A stretch of 64,000 nucleotides of DNA from a virus (IMGVR_UViG_3300003086_000114:33073-97072), one strand, 5' to 3'; shown: positions 19,861 through 29,505, counted from the stretch's first letter. Notes: a model not told the origin generated them from the letters alone. Program-made: numbers and translations.

Positions 19861-20388
19861 ATGCTACTAAAACCAATTGGAAATATATTTATTGACAAAG
19901 AAAGAATACTCAAGGAGTGTACCCCCGAAGCCGGGACATACGAGGGGGCTGGAGACATCTTATCTAGGCCGAACTTACCGGGATCTAATTACACTTCATT
20001 AAATTCACACTCCATTTTCTTCGATGACGATATTGTTCGTCCTTTAGTTGATATGGATAAACTTTGGGAAATAACTGATGCAGATCCTACAGCACCGAGT
20101 CGACTTATTATGTATGTACAGATGCCGGGTTGCTTCACTCCCCTACATGTGGATTGGATGCAAACTTACAATAAGAGACTCGAAGGTGAAGAAATAAGAC
20201 GCAGAGGCAGATGGTGGCTTTCAGTTAACGACTATATCACAGGACAAGCTATTATGCACGAAGAATATGTAATCGCACATATGAAGTCAGGCGATGTATT
20301 CTCTCTAGATTACAAAGGAGAACACTGCGGAGTAAATGCAAGTCTTGACTATAGATATTACGTTACATTCTCGGCATTAATCAAGTAA
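19861..20388 (+). CDS. 2OG-Fe(II) oxygenase-like DSBH protein (tandem paralogue of 19264-19791)
   Basis: PLHVD...KSGD...HCGVNASLDYR; same length (175 aa) and many identical blocks. Confidence 0.7.
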   Translation: MLLKPIGNIFIDKERILKECTPEAGTYEGAGDILSRPNLPGSNYTSLNSHSIFFDDDIVRPLVDMDKLWEITDADPTAPSRLIMYVQMPGCFTPLHVDWMQTYNKRLEGEEIRRRGRWWLSVNDYITGQAIMHEEYVIAHMKSGDVFSLDYKGEHCGVNASLDYRYYVTFSALIK

Positions 20389-20391
20389 ACT

Positions 20392-21702
20392 ATGATTGAT
20401 CTAGTACAAGTTGCGTTACTTGGTGCAATATTTGGCATAGTAGCTGGATTAATTCCAGGCGTTGGCATATTAGTTGTCATAGCAATGTTGTACCCATTCC
20501 TGTTAGACTTTCAACCCGTAGAGCTGTTGCTATTTTATATCTCTATGGTTAGCAGTGCTCAATACTTCGGCAGTGTAACAGCAATATACCTAGGACTTGC
20601 GGGCGAAGCCAGCAGTTTCCCTGCGGTAATCGAAGGCTACGCATTGTCTAAGCAAGGCAAAGGACAACTGGCGATATTTTTAACAGGTGTTGGCAGTTTC
20701 ATCGGCACAATGTTTGGCTTGGTTTTTATTGCGGTATTAAGTGTATCAGTCTTAGATTTGACACTTACTACCATGGAAAAAATGATTTTATTCATGGCAG
20801 TTGGTCTTAGTTTAATTCTTACAACAAAGAATAAATTACTAACAGATCTAAGTTTAATTCTTTTAGCAATTGGTTTAAGTCATATTGGAGTTAGTATAAA
20901 CAGCAATGTACCTTTAGTCCATTTTGATCTAATGTTTTTAAGTCAAGGTATTAGTTACTTTACATTAGCGGCAGGATTACTTTGCATGAAAGAAGTTATG
21001 CATACTGAGAAAACCAACACAAAAATTATTATTGTAGAAAACTACAATGCTATTAAAGAGTTAGTAAAGCACAAATATTCAATAATCAGAGGCAGTATAA
21101 TTGGTAGTATCGGTGGTATGTTACCAGGGTTAACCACAATTAGTGCTAGTCATTTGGCCTACGTAGCAGAAAAAAGAGTACATAAGGACACATACACAAA
21201 AGGCAACACACATTGTTTAACTAGTAGCGAAACTGCTAACAACAGCGGTAGTATTACCCAACTGTTTCCATTGTTAATGTTTGGTATACCGATAACAGGA
21301 AGTGAAGCCATACTATACCAACTGCTCGGAACGAAAGGGTGGGAAGGATCAGCAACACAGCCGTTAGCATTGTTAGCTAGCAATTGGTGGTTGATAGTAG
21401 GTGTTAACTTAATCATGTTAATCTTAGCAATTAGATTTTCAAGACACTTTGCAAAAATGATCCCTAGCAATGAGCTGTTGTTAAAGTTAGGAATCTTCTT
21501 TATTTTAGCAATCGTGGTTTACGTCGTAGGAGACAAACAAACTGGTTTTGGCTTGTTTAATTTGTTCTTGTTTTTGTTTGCAACAGGCATTGCATATCTA
21601 TTCCCTAAAGTAAACTTTTTACCTTTTGTATTTTGGATGTGCATAGGAGATATATGGCTAGAAAATTTTTACACTTTTTTACAACTTTATGAAATTGCAT
21701 AA
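20392..21702 (+). CDS. tctA: Tripartite tricarboxylate transporter large permease TctA
   Basis: Polytopic hydrophobic protein with GLIPG, QYFGSVTAIYLGLAGEASS...EGYALSKQGKG, GMLPG, SETANNS and FGIP. Confidence 0.85.
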   Translation: MIDLVQVALLGAIFGIVAGLIPGVGILVVIAMLYPFLLDFQPVELLLFYISMVSSAQYFGSVTAIYLGLAGEASSFPAVIEGYALSKQGKGQLAIFLTGVGSFIGTMFGLVFIAVLSVSVLDLTLTTMEKMILFMAVGLSLILTTKNKLLTDLSLILLAIGLSHIGVSINSNVPLVHFDLMFLSQGISYFTLAAGLLCMKEVMHTEKTNTKIIIVENYNAIKELVKHKYSIIRGSIIGSIGGMLPGLTTISASHLAYVAEKRVHKDTYTKGNTHCLTSSETANNSGSITQLFPLLMFGIPITGSEAILYQLLGTKGWEGSATQPLALLASNWWLIVGVNLIMLILAIRFSRHFAKMIPSNELLLKLGIFFILAIVVYVVGDKQTGFGLFNLFLFLFATGIAYLFPKVNFLPFVFWMCIGDIWLENFYTFLQLYEIA

Positions 21703-22756
21703 ACGCACAGGTTGGCAAGTTGGAGATACTTTCTTTAACAATAAGTGGGATGCGATTCAGTATGCAACGGACAATCCGCAATCATATAAAGCCTACTGCA
21801 ACGACGACACGTGGGACAATGCAGATTGGACAATTGAGCCCGAGCAAGATATAAAACAATTAGAGAAAAATCATGCGGAGTATTTAAGAAACAAGTATAA
21901 AACTTTAGCACTTTTTTTTAGTGGTGGTGTAGACAGTAGCACAATATTAGACACATTTATAAAAAATAAAATACCATTGGACTATATTTTTGTTTGGTAT
22001 CAACATGACTACAATGCAAGTTATAGCAAAGATATACGTTTAGCTATGCAATACCTAGAACAAAATAAAAGCAAACTAATGGGTGCTAAAATAATCTGCG
22101 GAGAAAAATTAGATCACTTCGAAGGTAATAGCATTTATAATTTTAAAAATGACGTACGTGATATAAATTGGGGTCTGCGGTTTCATCATTGGGGACATGC
22201 AGAAAATTTAAGATTTAGACAACCCGATATATACGACGAGGTCAACGAAGACGGATGTATCGTTACAGGCAGTAACAAACCCTACGTATTTAAAGACGAA
22301 AAAGGGTTCTATATGCAACATGTTGATCGTGATGATGAAAGTTGGGGACAGCCTTTTTTAGTTGAGATGTTTTGGTTGGGCAAAGATCCAACACTACAGA
22401 TCAAACAATGTCATTTAGCCAAACAATGGTTAGAAGAACACGATCTATCAAATTCTAATAAAATCTACAAAAGTAGCGATACAGAAAAATTTTGGAGTTT
22501 CAACAAAAGTTTCGGAAGAACAAGTATTGATGAATTTTTTTACCAGAAAAATTGTTTTGGAGAGAAAATCGAAGATGAATACTTTTCTCAAGGTTATAGC
22601 AAAGAAAACAGCAACAGTTATTGTGCTGAATACTTTAAAGAATGGCGACATACAGAGTCATACAACAATCTAGTTCTAGAGATAGATAAAATAGATAAAA
22701 AGTTTATCAAAGATGGCGCACTGGGTTGGCTCACAAAGAAAAGATATTTAGAATAA
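21689..22756 (+). CDS. PP-loop (adenine nucleotide alpha-hydrolase / asparagine-synthase-like) protein
   Basis: LFFSGGVDS PP-loop at about residue 78; lacks the QueC Zn-binding Cys cluster. Confidence 0.65.
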   Translation: MKLHKRTGWQVGDTFFNNKWDAIQYATDNPQSYKAYCNDDTWDNADWTIEPEQDIKQLEKNHAEYLRNKYKTLALFFSGGVDSSTILDTFIKNKIPLDYIFVWYQHDYNASYSKDIRLAMQYLEQNKSKLMGAKIICGEKLDHFEGNSIYNFKNDVRDINWGLRFHHWGHAENLRFRQPDIYDEVNEDGCIVTGSNKPYVFKDEKGFYMQHVDRDDESWGQPFLVEMFWLGKDPTLQIKQCHLAKQWLEEHDLSNSNKIYKSSDTEKFWSFNKSFGRTSIDEFFYQKNCFGEKIEDEYFSQGYSKENSNSYCAEYFKEWRHTESYNNLVLEIDKIDKKFIKDGALGWLTKKRYLE

Positions 22757-22781
22757 CCCTTGCAAGTAAGACTCGAAGAAA

Positions 22782-24035
22782 TTAATTAATTAGATTGCTA
22801 TATTTTTTCAATATAGCATCACCCACTTGTTTAGATTTACTATAAGCATATTCTAAAGCCTGTTTATGGCTTCCACATCTTCGAGGCTTAATTCCAAACT
22901 TATTGAGATAGATATTATCGTAATAAAATAACGTTCCACCGGGCATTGTGTAAAACTGTTCTTCTCTTAGTGCTAGTGCTTCTTCAAGGTTATTATGCAA
23001 CTCGTTTTTTAATATTTTATAAAACTTGTCACTATAAAAATGTTTTCTGTTAAATTCTACAATTTTAGTTGTCTGTTGTATTAATTTCTTGTATTCAGTT
23101 GGGTTTAAGTTATTTAAATAACTGATCAAATCAGTTATTTTTTTAAATCTTGCATCTGTATCTTCTTCGTAGTCGTAGCTTTCATCCCATATATGGTCAA
23201 ATGTCTTAAAACCGTAACTTTTTAAGTACTTAATAGAATGTGGTCCGCCAAATAAAATAAACGGCTGTTGCATAACAATAGGTTTAAATATTTTCTCAGT
23301 TAAATGTACTTTTTCTGTATCGAACATAGTCTCTGGAACAATGTGTATATCAAATTTGCTCTGGTCTTTCCACTCTATTGTTGCACTTAAATCACTTGAT
23401 AACTCAATATTGTGTTTATCTAAAATCGGACAATACACATCTATATTTGAATTTTTTAACAGTTGCAGTATATCTTTTCTGTATTTGCGTGTACCGCTAA
23501 CACCTCTTATATAACACCCGAATTTATTTTTATTACTGTTGTTTACAGGTGATAGCATTTCATACATGCTATACCAGTATCTGCTTAAAAACGCATTAGA
23601 CCAAAAATGAAACGGTATATGAAAGTTGTCCGAAACCCAAGATACATCCTTGCTGTTAATTTCACTTACAGCAATTATTGGGGTATATATACCCCTACTC
23701 CTAAACAAAAAGAATTCGTTGTTTGGTAAGTCGATGTGCTTACTAGCAATGGCATTATCATTGGTTAAATGTTCTTTAGTAACTTCACAGTACGCATGTA
23801 TATCCAACGGCTCTTGATCAAACATAACTAGTGTTCCGTTTGACTCGCGTTCTGTAATAAGTTCGGGTTGAGATGAATCTGATTGCATATTTTCTGGAAA
23901 ATATGGAGTTGTTGCATGAACTAAGTCATGTAGGTTTTTGGACCCTAAATCGGTAAAATGTAAAACCTCTACGTTTTTTTTGTTGATGTAGCAGTAATAG
24001 CGTAGGTAGTCGTATAATTGATTAGGGGAAAGCAT
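22782..24035 (-). CDS. Glycosyltransferase-like protein (GT10-like ET..TEK family)
   Basis: IVPETMF...HLTEKIFKPIVMQQPF...GFKTFDHIWDESYD. Likely start is ATG 24035 (MLSPNQ), downstream of a minus-strand GTAAATA at 24061-24067. Confidence 0.6.
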   Translation of the reverse strand: MLSPNQLYDYLRYYCYINKKNVEVLHFTDLGSKNLHDLVHATTPYFPENMQSDSSQPELITERESNGTLVMFDQEPLDIHAYCEVTKEHLTNDNAIASKHIDLPNNEFFLFRSRGIYTPIIAVSEINSKDVSWVSDNFHIPFHFWSNAFLSRYWYSMYEMLSPVNNSNKNKFGCYIRGVSGTRKYRKDILQLLKNSNIDVYCPILDKHNIELSSDLSATIEWKDQSKFDIHIVPETMFDTEKVHLTEKIFKPIVMQQPFILFGGPHSIKYLKSYGFKTFDHIWDESYDYEEDTDARFKKITDLISYLNNLNPTEYKKLIQQTTKIVEFNRKHFYSDKFYKILKNELHNNLEEALALREEQFYTMPGGTLFYYDNIYLNKFGIKPRRCGSHKQALEYAYSKSKQVGDAILKKYSNLIN

Positions 24036-24159
24036 ATAATGAATAAAAATATTAGTATGATATTTACCCGAGGGAGTTAAACATAGTAAATGTTTGTGAA
24101 GTAGCACACCAACTAGCAAAGGCGAAAAGTTAATAGAAGTGTGCTAATACAAAACCAGC

Positions 24160-24166
24160 ATAAATA
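24160..24166 (+). promoter_or_regulatory. Late-promoter-like ATAAATA
   Basis: Intergenic, upstream of the 24195 gene. Confidence 0.55.
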
Positions 24167-24194
24167 CTGATAATAAAAATATTTGGATTATGCA

Positions 24195-27100
24195 ATGAAG
24201 CCTGTACTTATACCTGACATCGTTTACACTGATTTACGTGAAACTCTAAACAAACTAGACAACGTACTAGTAGAGAAACAAACAAAGTTCTCTTTTAAGA
24301 CACTTAATCGTTGGGGTCCATGGGCATCTGATGTTGCTGATTACATGACTAATCAATTAGATGTTAGTCAAGGTGTTCCGAGCGACGTACAAACATTCGT
24401 AAAGCAGTCAACGTTTAGTGATGAGAAGAAACAGCAGATACTAAATGATCCGTACTACGCCAGGAACCTAGCTCAAGTCGCTAGTGCAGTAAACAGAGGC
24501 GACATGGCACCTTTAGGCAATACAGGGCCACAACATTCAGGTGGTACTAGTTTTGGTGGCGGTTCTGGTGTAGGGTTTGAAGGATTATCTAAAGAATTAA
24601 AAAAACTACAAGACATAGTAAAGCGAAAGAAGAGTTCTGATGAAGGCGGTACTAAGGCGTTTTATACACCGTTACCTCCAGAAGATTTAGAATGGGTGTT
24701 ACACGGTCAACCTGCTGATCCAATTCCCCAGACAGGTTCAGTAACTGATAAAGTTGATCCAACATGGGACGGGCAAACAGCAGATGAACTTAGGGCAGAA
24801 TTAGATAAGTCTTACGGCGGCCGTGAAAATTGGGAAGGAACAAAAGAATTTGAATCTCCAGAGACAGAACCTAGCGAATATGTACCATCGGACAAAGACG
24901 ACTATAAAAGTTCGTATGAAGCAGAACTAGGACTTGATACTGGCGAACTTACTACTAGACCTTCTCCGCAAGCTAGAGCAGACGACGAGTCAGATACTAG
25001 AAGCGACTACGAAAAAGAACTAGATAGAAGAGTTAAACAGCAACTTAAAAAGTCTCCAGAAGAGGAGTTCGCTAGATGGTTAAAGCGTTTTGCTTTCACA
25101 GACGATGAAACATTCGCTGACTACGACGAAGAGTTTATTAGATCAAGTTTCGGCGATCAAGCCGCAGAGGCATTTTTAGCATCGCAACAAGAGAGAGAAT
25201 CATTTATAGATACCGAAGTAGATACTGCTCCAGAGACAGAAGTAGATACTGCTCCAGAGACAGAAGTAGATACTGCTCCAGAGACAGAAGTAGATACTGC
25301 TCCAGAGACTGAGGTCGATGATGAGTACTCATTAGGTGATAGTGAAGATTATTCACTTGACACGTGGAAAAAACTGTTCAAGTTCATGGATGCAGATCAT
25401 TTTGCTAATTTTGATGAAGACTTTCTCAGGGCAAACTATAGTGACACAGCCGCTGATGCATTCTTAGCTACTGAAAGACCTATCCCAGATCCAGTTCCAG
25501 ATCCAGAGCCTTCAACTGAAGATATCGCTTCATGGAAAAAACATTACACTGATATGGATCCTGAGGATCTTGAGACAATTACCCCTGAAGATGCTAAAGC
25601 TTACGGACCTGCATCAGTTAAGGCATACGTAGATGCTAAATTAGAAAAGGTACAAAAAACAAAAGACGTAGCAGATGCTTATACGGACGCCGATACACAA
25701 GATACTGATGATAACGTTGTAACCCAAGATCCACCTGAATCAGAATACTATGAATGGTTAAAGCGTTTTGCTAATACAGATGACGAAACATTCAATAGCT
25801 TTGATACAGATTTTATTAGATCAAATTTTGGCGATCAAGCCGTAGAGGCATTTGAAGTTGCACAACAAGAGAGAGAATCATCCACAGAGCCAGAGGTTGA
25901 TTTAACACCAGAGCCTGAAGTAGAAGTAGAGCCTGAAGTAGAAGTAGATACTAACGATGAAAGATTTGCAAAATGGAAAAAACGCTTTGCCGATACAGAC
26001 GATGAAACATTTTCTGAGTATGATGTAGAATTTATTAAATCAAACTTTGGCTCCGATGCGGCACAAGCATTTTTAGCATCGCAACAAGAGAGAGCAGGAA
26101 TTGTAGAGCCTGAAGTAGATACTAGCGATGCAGATCTAAACAGAATAAGGGACCTAGCTGGAGTACTAACTCCAGAGCCACAAGCTAAAGCAGATGAGTT
26201 TGAGACTGCACCAGTATTAACAACAGAATTGCCAGACTTCAGCACAATGACGCAGGAAGAATTCGTAGCTTGGGAAGACAAAGCAATGGACAACTTCATT
26301 GACAATTGGGAGTCAAATCCTAGGTACGCTGGCATGTCAGAAGAAGAAGCAAATGATCAGTTCAATAGTGATTTAGTAAACTTTGAAGAAAGAGTAGGTA
26401 AAAAAGAACCACAAGCTAAAGCAGACGACACTGATATAGACGCAGACATAGACGATCTAAATACAGCAATAGATGACTTAGATAAAACACAATCTATAAC
26501 AACTGATCCGTACGACACTTCAAACTTCGGACACATGACACAAGAAGAATTTGATAGGTGGGAAGAAAGTTTCATAGACGCAGAACTTGATAAAATGTAT
26601 GATAATGATGGTAACCAAGTAATAAGCGATGAAGATTTTGATGCTAATTTAGATACTAACACAACTAAACTCTACCAGCAGTACCAAAAAGCTCGTGAAG
26701 AACAACCAGAAGTCGATGCACAAAAAGTATTTACTGATGCTAACGTAGATCAACAAATGCAAATGCCAGGTGAAAGTACGGCAGACTTCTTAACACGAAC
26801 AACCAAGATTGATGCAGATAACAGAGCTAAACAAGCACAACAAAAAATAGACGATCAGGCAGTACTCGATGCATTAGAAAAAGCAGGCAGAAGTAGTAAA
26901 GCAAAAGGCGTGTTTAGAAAACCTATGGCAAAAGATGATACTCCTGTTAATAAAACGTATACATCAGCTAAACCAGAAACTGATGTCAGTAGAGCAATCG
27001 ACACCATATCAGATGCTATTCCAGATAGTGTTAAAGATACAGCAGGCGATGTCTGGGCTGATGTAAAAGGTTACTTCCAAGGTAGTGAAGCAGATAAAGA

Positions 27101-27689
27101 TCTCGGTACAGCCAAAGATGCAATTGGAGATGCATACGATTATGTTACAGGTGATGAGCTTGGTAACGATGCTTCAAGATTAAAGAAATACATACTGAGT
27201 ACACAATCACGTAAAGATGCTCAAGCCAAAGGTGAAGAGCATAGAGGGGCAATAGATAAGAAGGTTACTGATACTAAAACAGGTATAACTGACTACTTTA
27301 CCAAAGGTGGACTTACCGGTGACTTAGGTGATGCGGCTGATTGGATTGGTGATGCGTATACTAAACAAATGGACCACATTGATAAACAATTTAAATACGC
27401 AGATAAAGTAAACAAAGAAAGAGAAGAGTTTTTAGCTAAAAGCAAAGCAACGTTCGCAAGAGAAAAAGCGGCAAGTCAACCTAAAAAAGATGCAGAAGCT
27501 AAGAGAAGAGCTGAAATCGAAGCTCAAGATCCTAGAGGATTTTGGGAGAAAACCAAATCTGGTTGGGATAAAGGCTTTAGAGATGCGGCTAGACAAAAAG
27601 CAGAAAGAGAAGCTATATATAAGAAACAACGTGAAGGCCAGCCTAAAAAACCAGAGAATCCAAGTTGGTTCGATAGCTTATGGGACTAG
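24195..27689 (+). CDS. Very acidic repeat-rich ~1164-aa protein, putative internal/ejected virion protein
   Basis: Five ~45-aa W-K-K/R-F helical repeats, (EVDTAPET)x4, PQAKAD motifs and an amphipathic/basic C-terminus. ATG 24195 preferred over TTG 24183. Confidence 0.6.
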   Translation: MKPVLIPDIVYTDLRETLNKLDNVLVEKQTKFSFKTLNRWGPWASDVADYMTNQLDVSQGVPSDVQTFVKQSTFSDEKKQQILNDPYYARNLAQVASAVNRGDMAPLGNTGPQHSGGTSFGGGSGVGFEGLSKELKKLQDIVKRKKSSDEGGTKAFYTPLPPEDLEWVLHGQPADPIPQTGSVTDKVDPTWDGQTADELRAELDKSYGGRENWEGTKEFESPETEPSEYVPSDKDDYKSSYEAELGLDTGELTTRPSPQARADDESDTRSDYEKELDRRVKQQLKKSPEEEFARWLKRFAFTDDETFADYDEEFIRSSFGDQAAEAFLASQQERESFIDTEVDTAPETEVDTAPETEVDTAPETEVDTAPETEVDDEYSLGDSEDYSLDTWKKLFKFMDADHFANFDEDFLRANYSDTAADAFLATERPIPDPVPDPEPSTEDIASWKKHYTDMDPEDLETITPEDAKAYGPASVKAYVDAKLEKVQKTKDVADAYTDADTQDTDDNVVTQDPPESEYYEWLKRFANTDDETFNSFDTDFIRSNFGDQAVEAFEVAQQERESSTEPEVDLTPEPEVEVEPEVEVDTNDERFAKWKKRFADTDDETFSEYDVEFIKSNFGSDAAQAFLASQQERAGIVEPEVDTSDADLNRIRDLAGVLTPEPQAKADEFETAPVLTTELPDFSTMTQEEFVAWEDKAMDNFIDNWESNPRYAGMSEEEANDQFNSDLVNFEERVGKKEPQAKADDTDIDADIDDLNTAIDDLDKTQSITTDPYDTSNFGHMTQEEFDRWEESFIDAELDKMYDNDGNQVISDEDFDANLDTNTTKLYQQYQKAREEQPEVDAQKVFTDANVDQQMQMPGESTADFLTRTTKIDADNRAKQAQQKIDDQAVLDALEKAGRSSKAKGVFRKPMAKDDTPVNKTYTSAKPETDVSRAIDTISDAIPDSVKDTAGDVWADVKGYFQGSEADKDLGTAKDAIGDAYDYVTGDELGNDASRLKKYILSTQSRKDAQAKGEEHRGAIDKKVTDTKTGITDYFTKGGLTGDLGDAADWIGDAYTKQMDHIDKQFKYADKVNKEREEFLAKSKATFAREKAASQPKKDAEAKRRAEIEAQDPRGFWEKTKSGWDKGFRDAARQKAEREAIYKKQREGQPKKPENPSWFDSLWD
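25215..25310 (+). repeat. 24-bp coding tandem repeat x4 (EVDTAPET)
   Basis: GAAGTAGATACTGCTCCAGAGACA three times plus a fourth copy ending GAGACT. Confidence 0.9.
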
Positions 27690-27690
27690 T

Positions 27691-28023
27691 ATGAAGATAA
27701 CTGAAATAACAGACAAGAGCAGATTAGACGAATTTGGTCCATTACTTAATGTACCTCTGGGAGTGCAAGTATTAGCTAGTAGACTTGCTCCTTATGTTCC
27801 TGGTGCATTAGCTGTTGCACACGGAGCACTAAAGTTTGGTCATCCAGCTCTTGGTACTGCAGGCGTGACAGCTAACACTGTGGGAAATACTATTGATAGT
27901 ATTGATACTGCAACTGATACTGCGGCTAGCTACTTTGATGACGAAGGTAGACAAGCAGTGGCTAAAGCAACTGATGATGATATTCCGCAGTTAGATCCCG
28001 AAATAGATATACCGAGTGAGTAA
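27691..28023 (+). CDS. Protein with leader MKITEITDKSRLDE followed by a hydrophobic/amphipathic segment
   Basis: True start is ATG 27691, immediately after the upstream stop; the track start 27490 overlaps the previous gene. Confidence 0.7.
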   Translation: MKITEITDKSRLDEFGPLLNVPLGVQVLASRLAPYVPGALAVAHGALKFGHPALGTAGVTANTVGNTIDSIDTATDTAASYFDDEGRQAVAKATDDDIPQLDPEIDIPSE

Positions 28024-28052
28024 AAGTAACTTTTTCTACGGTAAATAGTAGA

Positions 28053-28355
28053 ATGAGTACTAAATTTGTAAAAATATTATTTGATTTGCACTGTAATTGG
28101 GAAGGTATTCCTCCTGACTATAGAGTATATTTAAATGATGAGTTATTTACAGAAAGAACATATAGATTTGAAGATCCAGTCTACTTAACAGAAATACTAC
28201 AAGTACAAGCTAAACCAGGAACATATAGATTTAAGCTAGAGAAGGTAGGTCCGCAAATAAGTAAATTCAGTATATCAAATACTAGAGTAGAATACGGACC
28301 AGGTGAGATAGTAGATAAACATACATTTAAAATATTAGAAGAAGATGAGAGCTAA
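28053..28355 (+). CDS. Hypothetical beta-rich protein (PPDYRVYLNDELFTERT)
   Basis: ORF track; GTAAATA at 28041-28047 lies 5 nt upstream. Confidence 0.65.
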   Translation: MSTKFVKILFDLHCNWEGIPPDYRVYLNDELFTERTYRFEDPVYLTEILQVQAKPGTYRFKLEKVGPQISKFSISNTRVEYGPGEIVDKHTFKILEEDES

Positions 28356-28932
28356 CGAATTTATAACCGAAAACCCATTCATAACCAGGGGTTCGCCGTA
28401 CCTAAAAGATATACCGCATATAACTGACAAGATATCTCAGTTCTTTCAAACGTATACAGAGCTCGATTACGATGGCATACGTAATAACTTAGGCATTGAC
28501 GGTAATCGCAGGCCACTAGCAAAAGCAGATGGCGATGATATTCCAATAATAGATTTTGATGATGATGACGGCCGCGACGAAGATTTTGATTGGGATGATG
28601 ATATTCCGCAGTTAGATCCCGAAGTTAGTAGTATACCGATTGATAAGAGTAAAGAAAAAGTAGTATTGCCTATAATATCTAATCCATATGGGTTTCCCGC
28701 TAAAAATGAAAATAAATTACGTGAATTTGATTCTAAACTATTCTACAATAATTTATACAATAATATATTAAATAATTGGGATTCTATGCGGCGCGATGAT
28801 TGGGATGTCTTTAAGAATCGCAAGTCTGAAAAGAAACCAGAGAAAACAGAGAACCCAGAGAAAACAGAGAACCCAGAGAAACCAATTAAACACGATGAAT
28901 GGAACTTGCCTAAAGGTCAAGCATCTGTGTAG
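28345..28932 (+). CDS. Hypothetical protein with leader MRANEFITE, acidic centre and PEKTEN repeats
   Basis: ORF track; leader motif. Confidence 0.6.
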   Translation: MRANEFITENPFITRGSPYLKDIPHITDKISQFFQTYTELDYDGIRNNLGIDGNRRPLAKADGDDIPIIDFDDDDGRDEDFDWDDDIPQLDPEVSSIPIDKSKEKVVLPIISNPYGFPAKNENKLREFDSKLFYNNLYNNILNNWDSMRRDDWDVFKNRKSEKKPEKTENPEKTENPEKPIKHDEWNLPKGQASV

Positions 28933-28945
28933 AGGAGAAATTAAT

Positions 28946-29164
28946 ATGCGTTTACATGAATTTTTAAACTTAGAAGAAGAAGTTAAATGGTGGAACCCCA
29001 CTACATGGCTTGACGAACCAAAGTTTAATCCTGACATTACTCCTATGAAAAAAGGATATAAAAAGATGAAAAAGAAAATGTCAACAGACCCTGAATACGC
29101 GAAGAAAATTCTGTCTGGCAATAAGATTAAAAAATCCACACGTTTAGACGATATCATAACATAG
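28946..29164 (+). CDS. Small basic protein with leader MRLHEFLNLEEE
   Basis: ATG 28946 preceded by GAGGAG; the track start 28796 overlaps the previous gene. Confidence 0.65.
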   Translation: MRLHEFLNLEEEVKWWNPTTWLDEPKFNPDITPMKKGYKKMKKKMSTDPEYAKKILSGNKIKKSTRLDDIIT

Positions 29165-29172
29165 GTGAACTA

Positions 29173-29481
29173 ATGAAAATAAATGAAATAACAGATAACA
29201 ACCGGCTAGATGAAGCTTTGCCTGCATTACCATTAGTTTTAGGCACGGTGGCGGCTGGAGTTGCTAAGAATGCTCCGCGCATTGTAAGAGCAGTTAAGAA
29301 CATGTTTAAAAAAGCACCCGATTCAGCGAAGAAAAAAGGCATTACTAAAGGCGACAGCAGAGTAGATATTAATAGAAAATCAAGTACAGAATTTGATTCT
29401 TTACCGTTACCAAAGAAAGTAACTGGCAACGTATACGGTGATCCTAAAATTAATAAATGGAAAAATGACATTTTCTATTAA
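29173..29481 (+). CDS. Basic protein with leader MKINEITDNNRLDE and an amphipathic peptide
   Basis: LDE|ALPALPLVLGTVAAGVAKNAPRIVRAVKNMFKK. Confidence 0.65.
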   Translation: MKINEITDNNRLDEALPALPLVLGTVAAGVAKNAPRIVRAVKNMFKKAPDSAKKKGITKGDSRVDINRKSSTEFDSLPLPKKVTGNVYGDPKINKWKNDIFY

Positions 29482-29505
29482 TAGTAAATTAAAATATCAA
29501 TCAAA

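Noticed and set aside
21689-22756. SGGVDS protein considered as QueC
   Set aside because: The PP-loop is internal, the protein is 355 aa, it lacks the QueC C-terminal Zn-binding Cys cluster, and it lies in the Tct/oxygenase block rather than the dpd cluster.
24102-24146. TAGCACAC...GTGTGCTA inverted repeat with a GCAAA/GAAA interior, considered as a c-di-GMP riboswitch or tRNA fragment
   Set aside because: No matching consensus or cloverleaf. It lies between two divergent promoter boxes, so it is probably not transcribed.
25215-25310. 24-bp direct repeats considered as a CRISPR array
   Set aside because: The units are contiguous with no spacers, are in frame within a long ORF, and no cas genes are present.
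27490-27690. Track start sites at 27490, 28796, 11311, 53323, 53850, 24119(-) and 62597(-)
   Set aside because: They overlap upstream genes or promoter boxes. Downstream ATGs with an RBS, translational coupling or the leader motif fit better.
28705-28775. Possible fused second gene inside 28345-28932 (ATGAAAATAAAT overlapping in-frame NKLREF)
   Set aside because: The alternative frame closes after about 21 codons. The resemblance to a leader is suggestive but insufficient.
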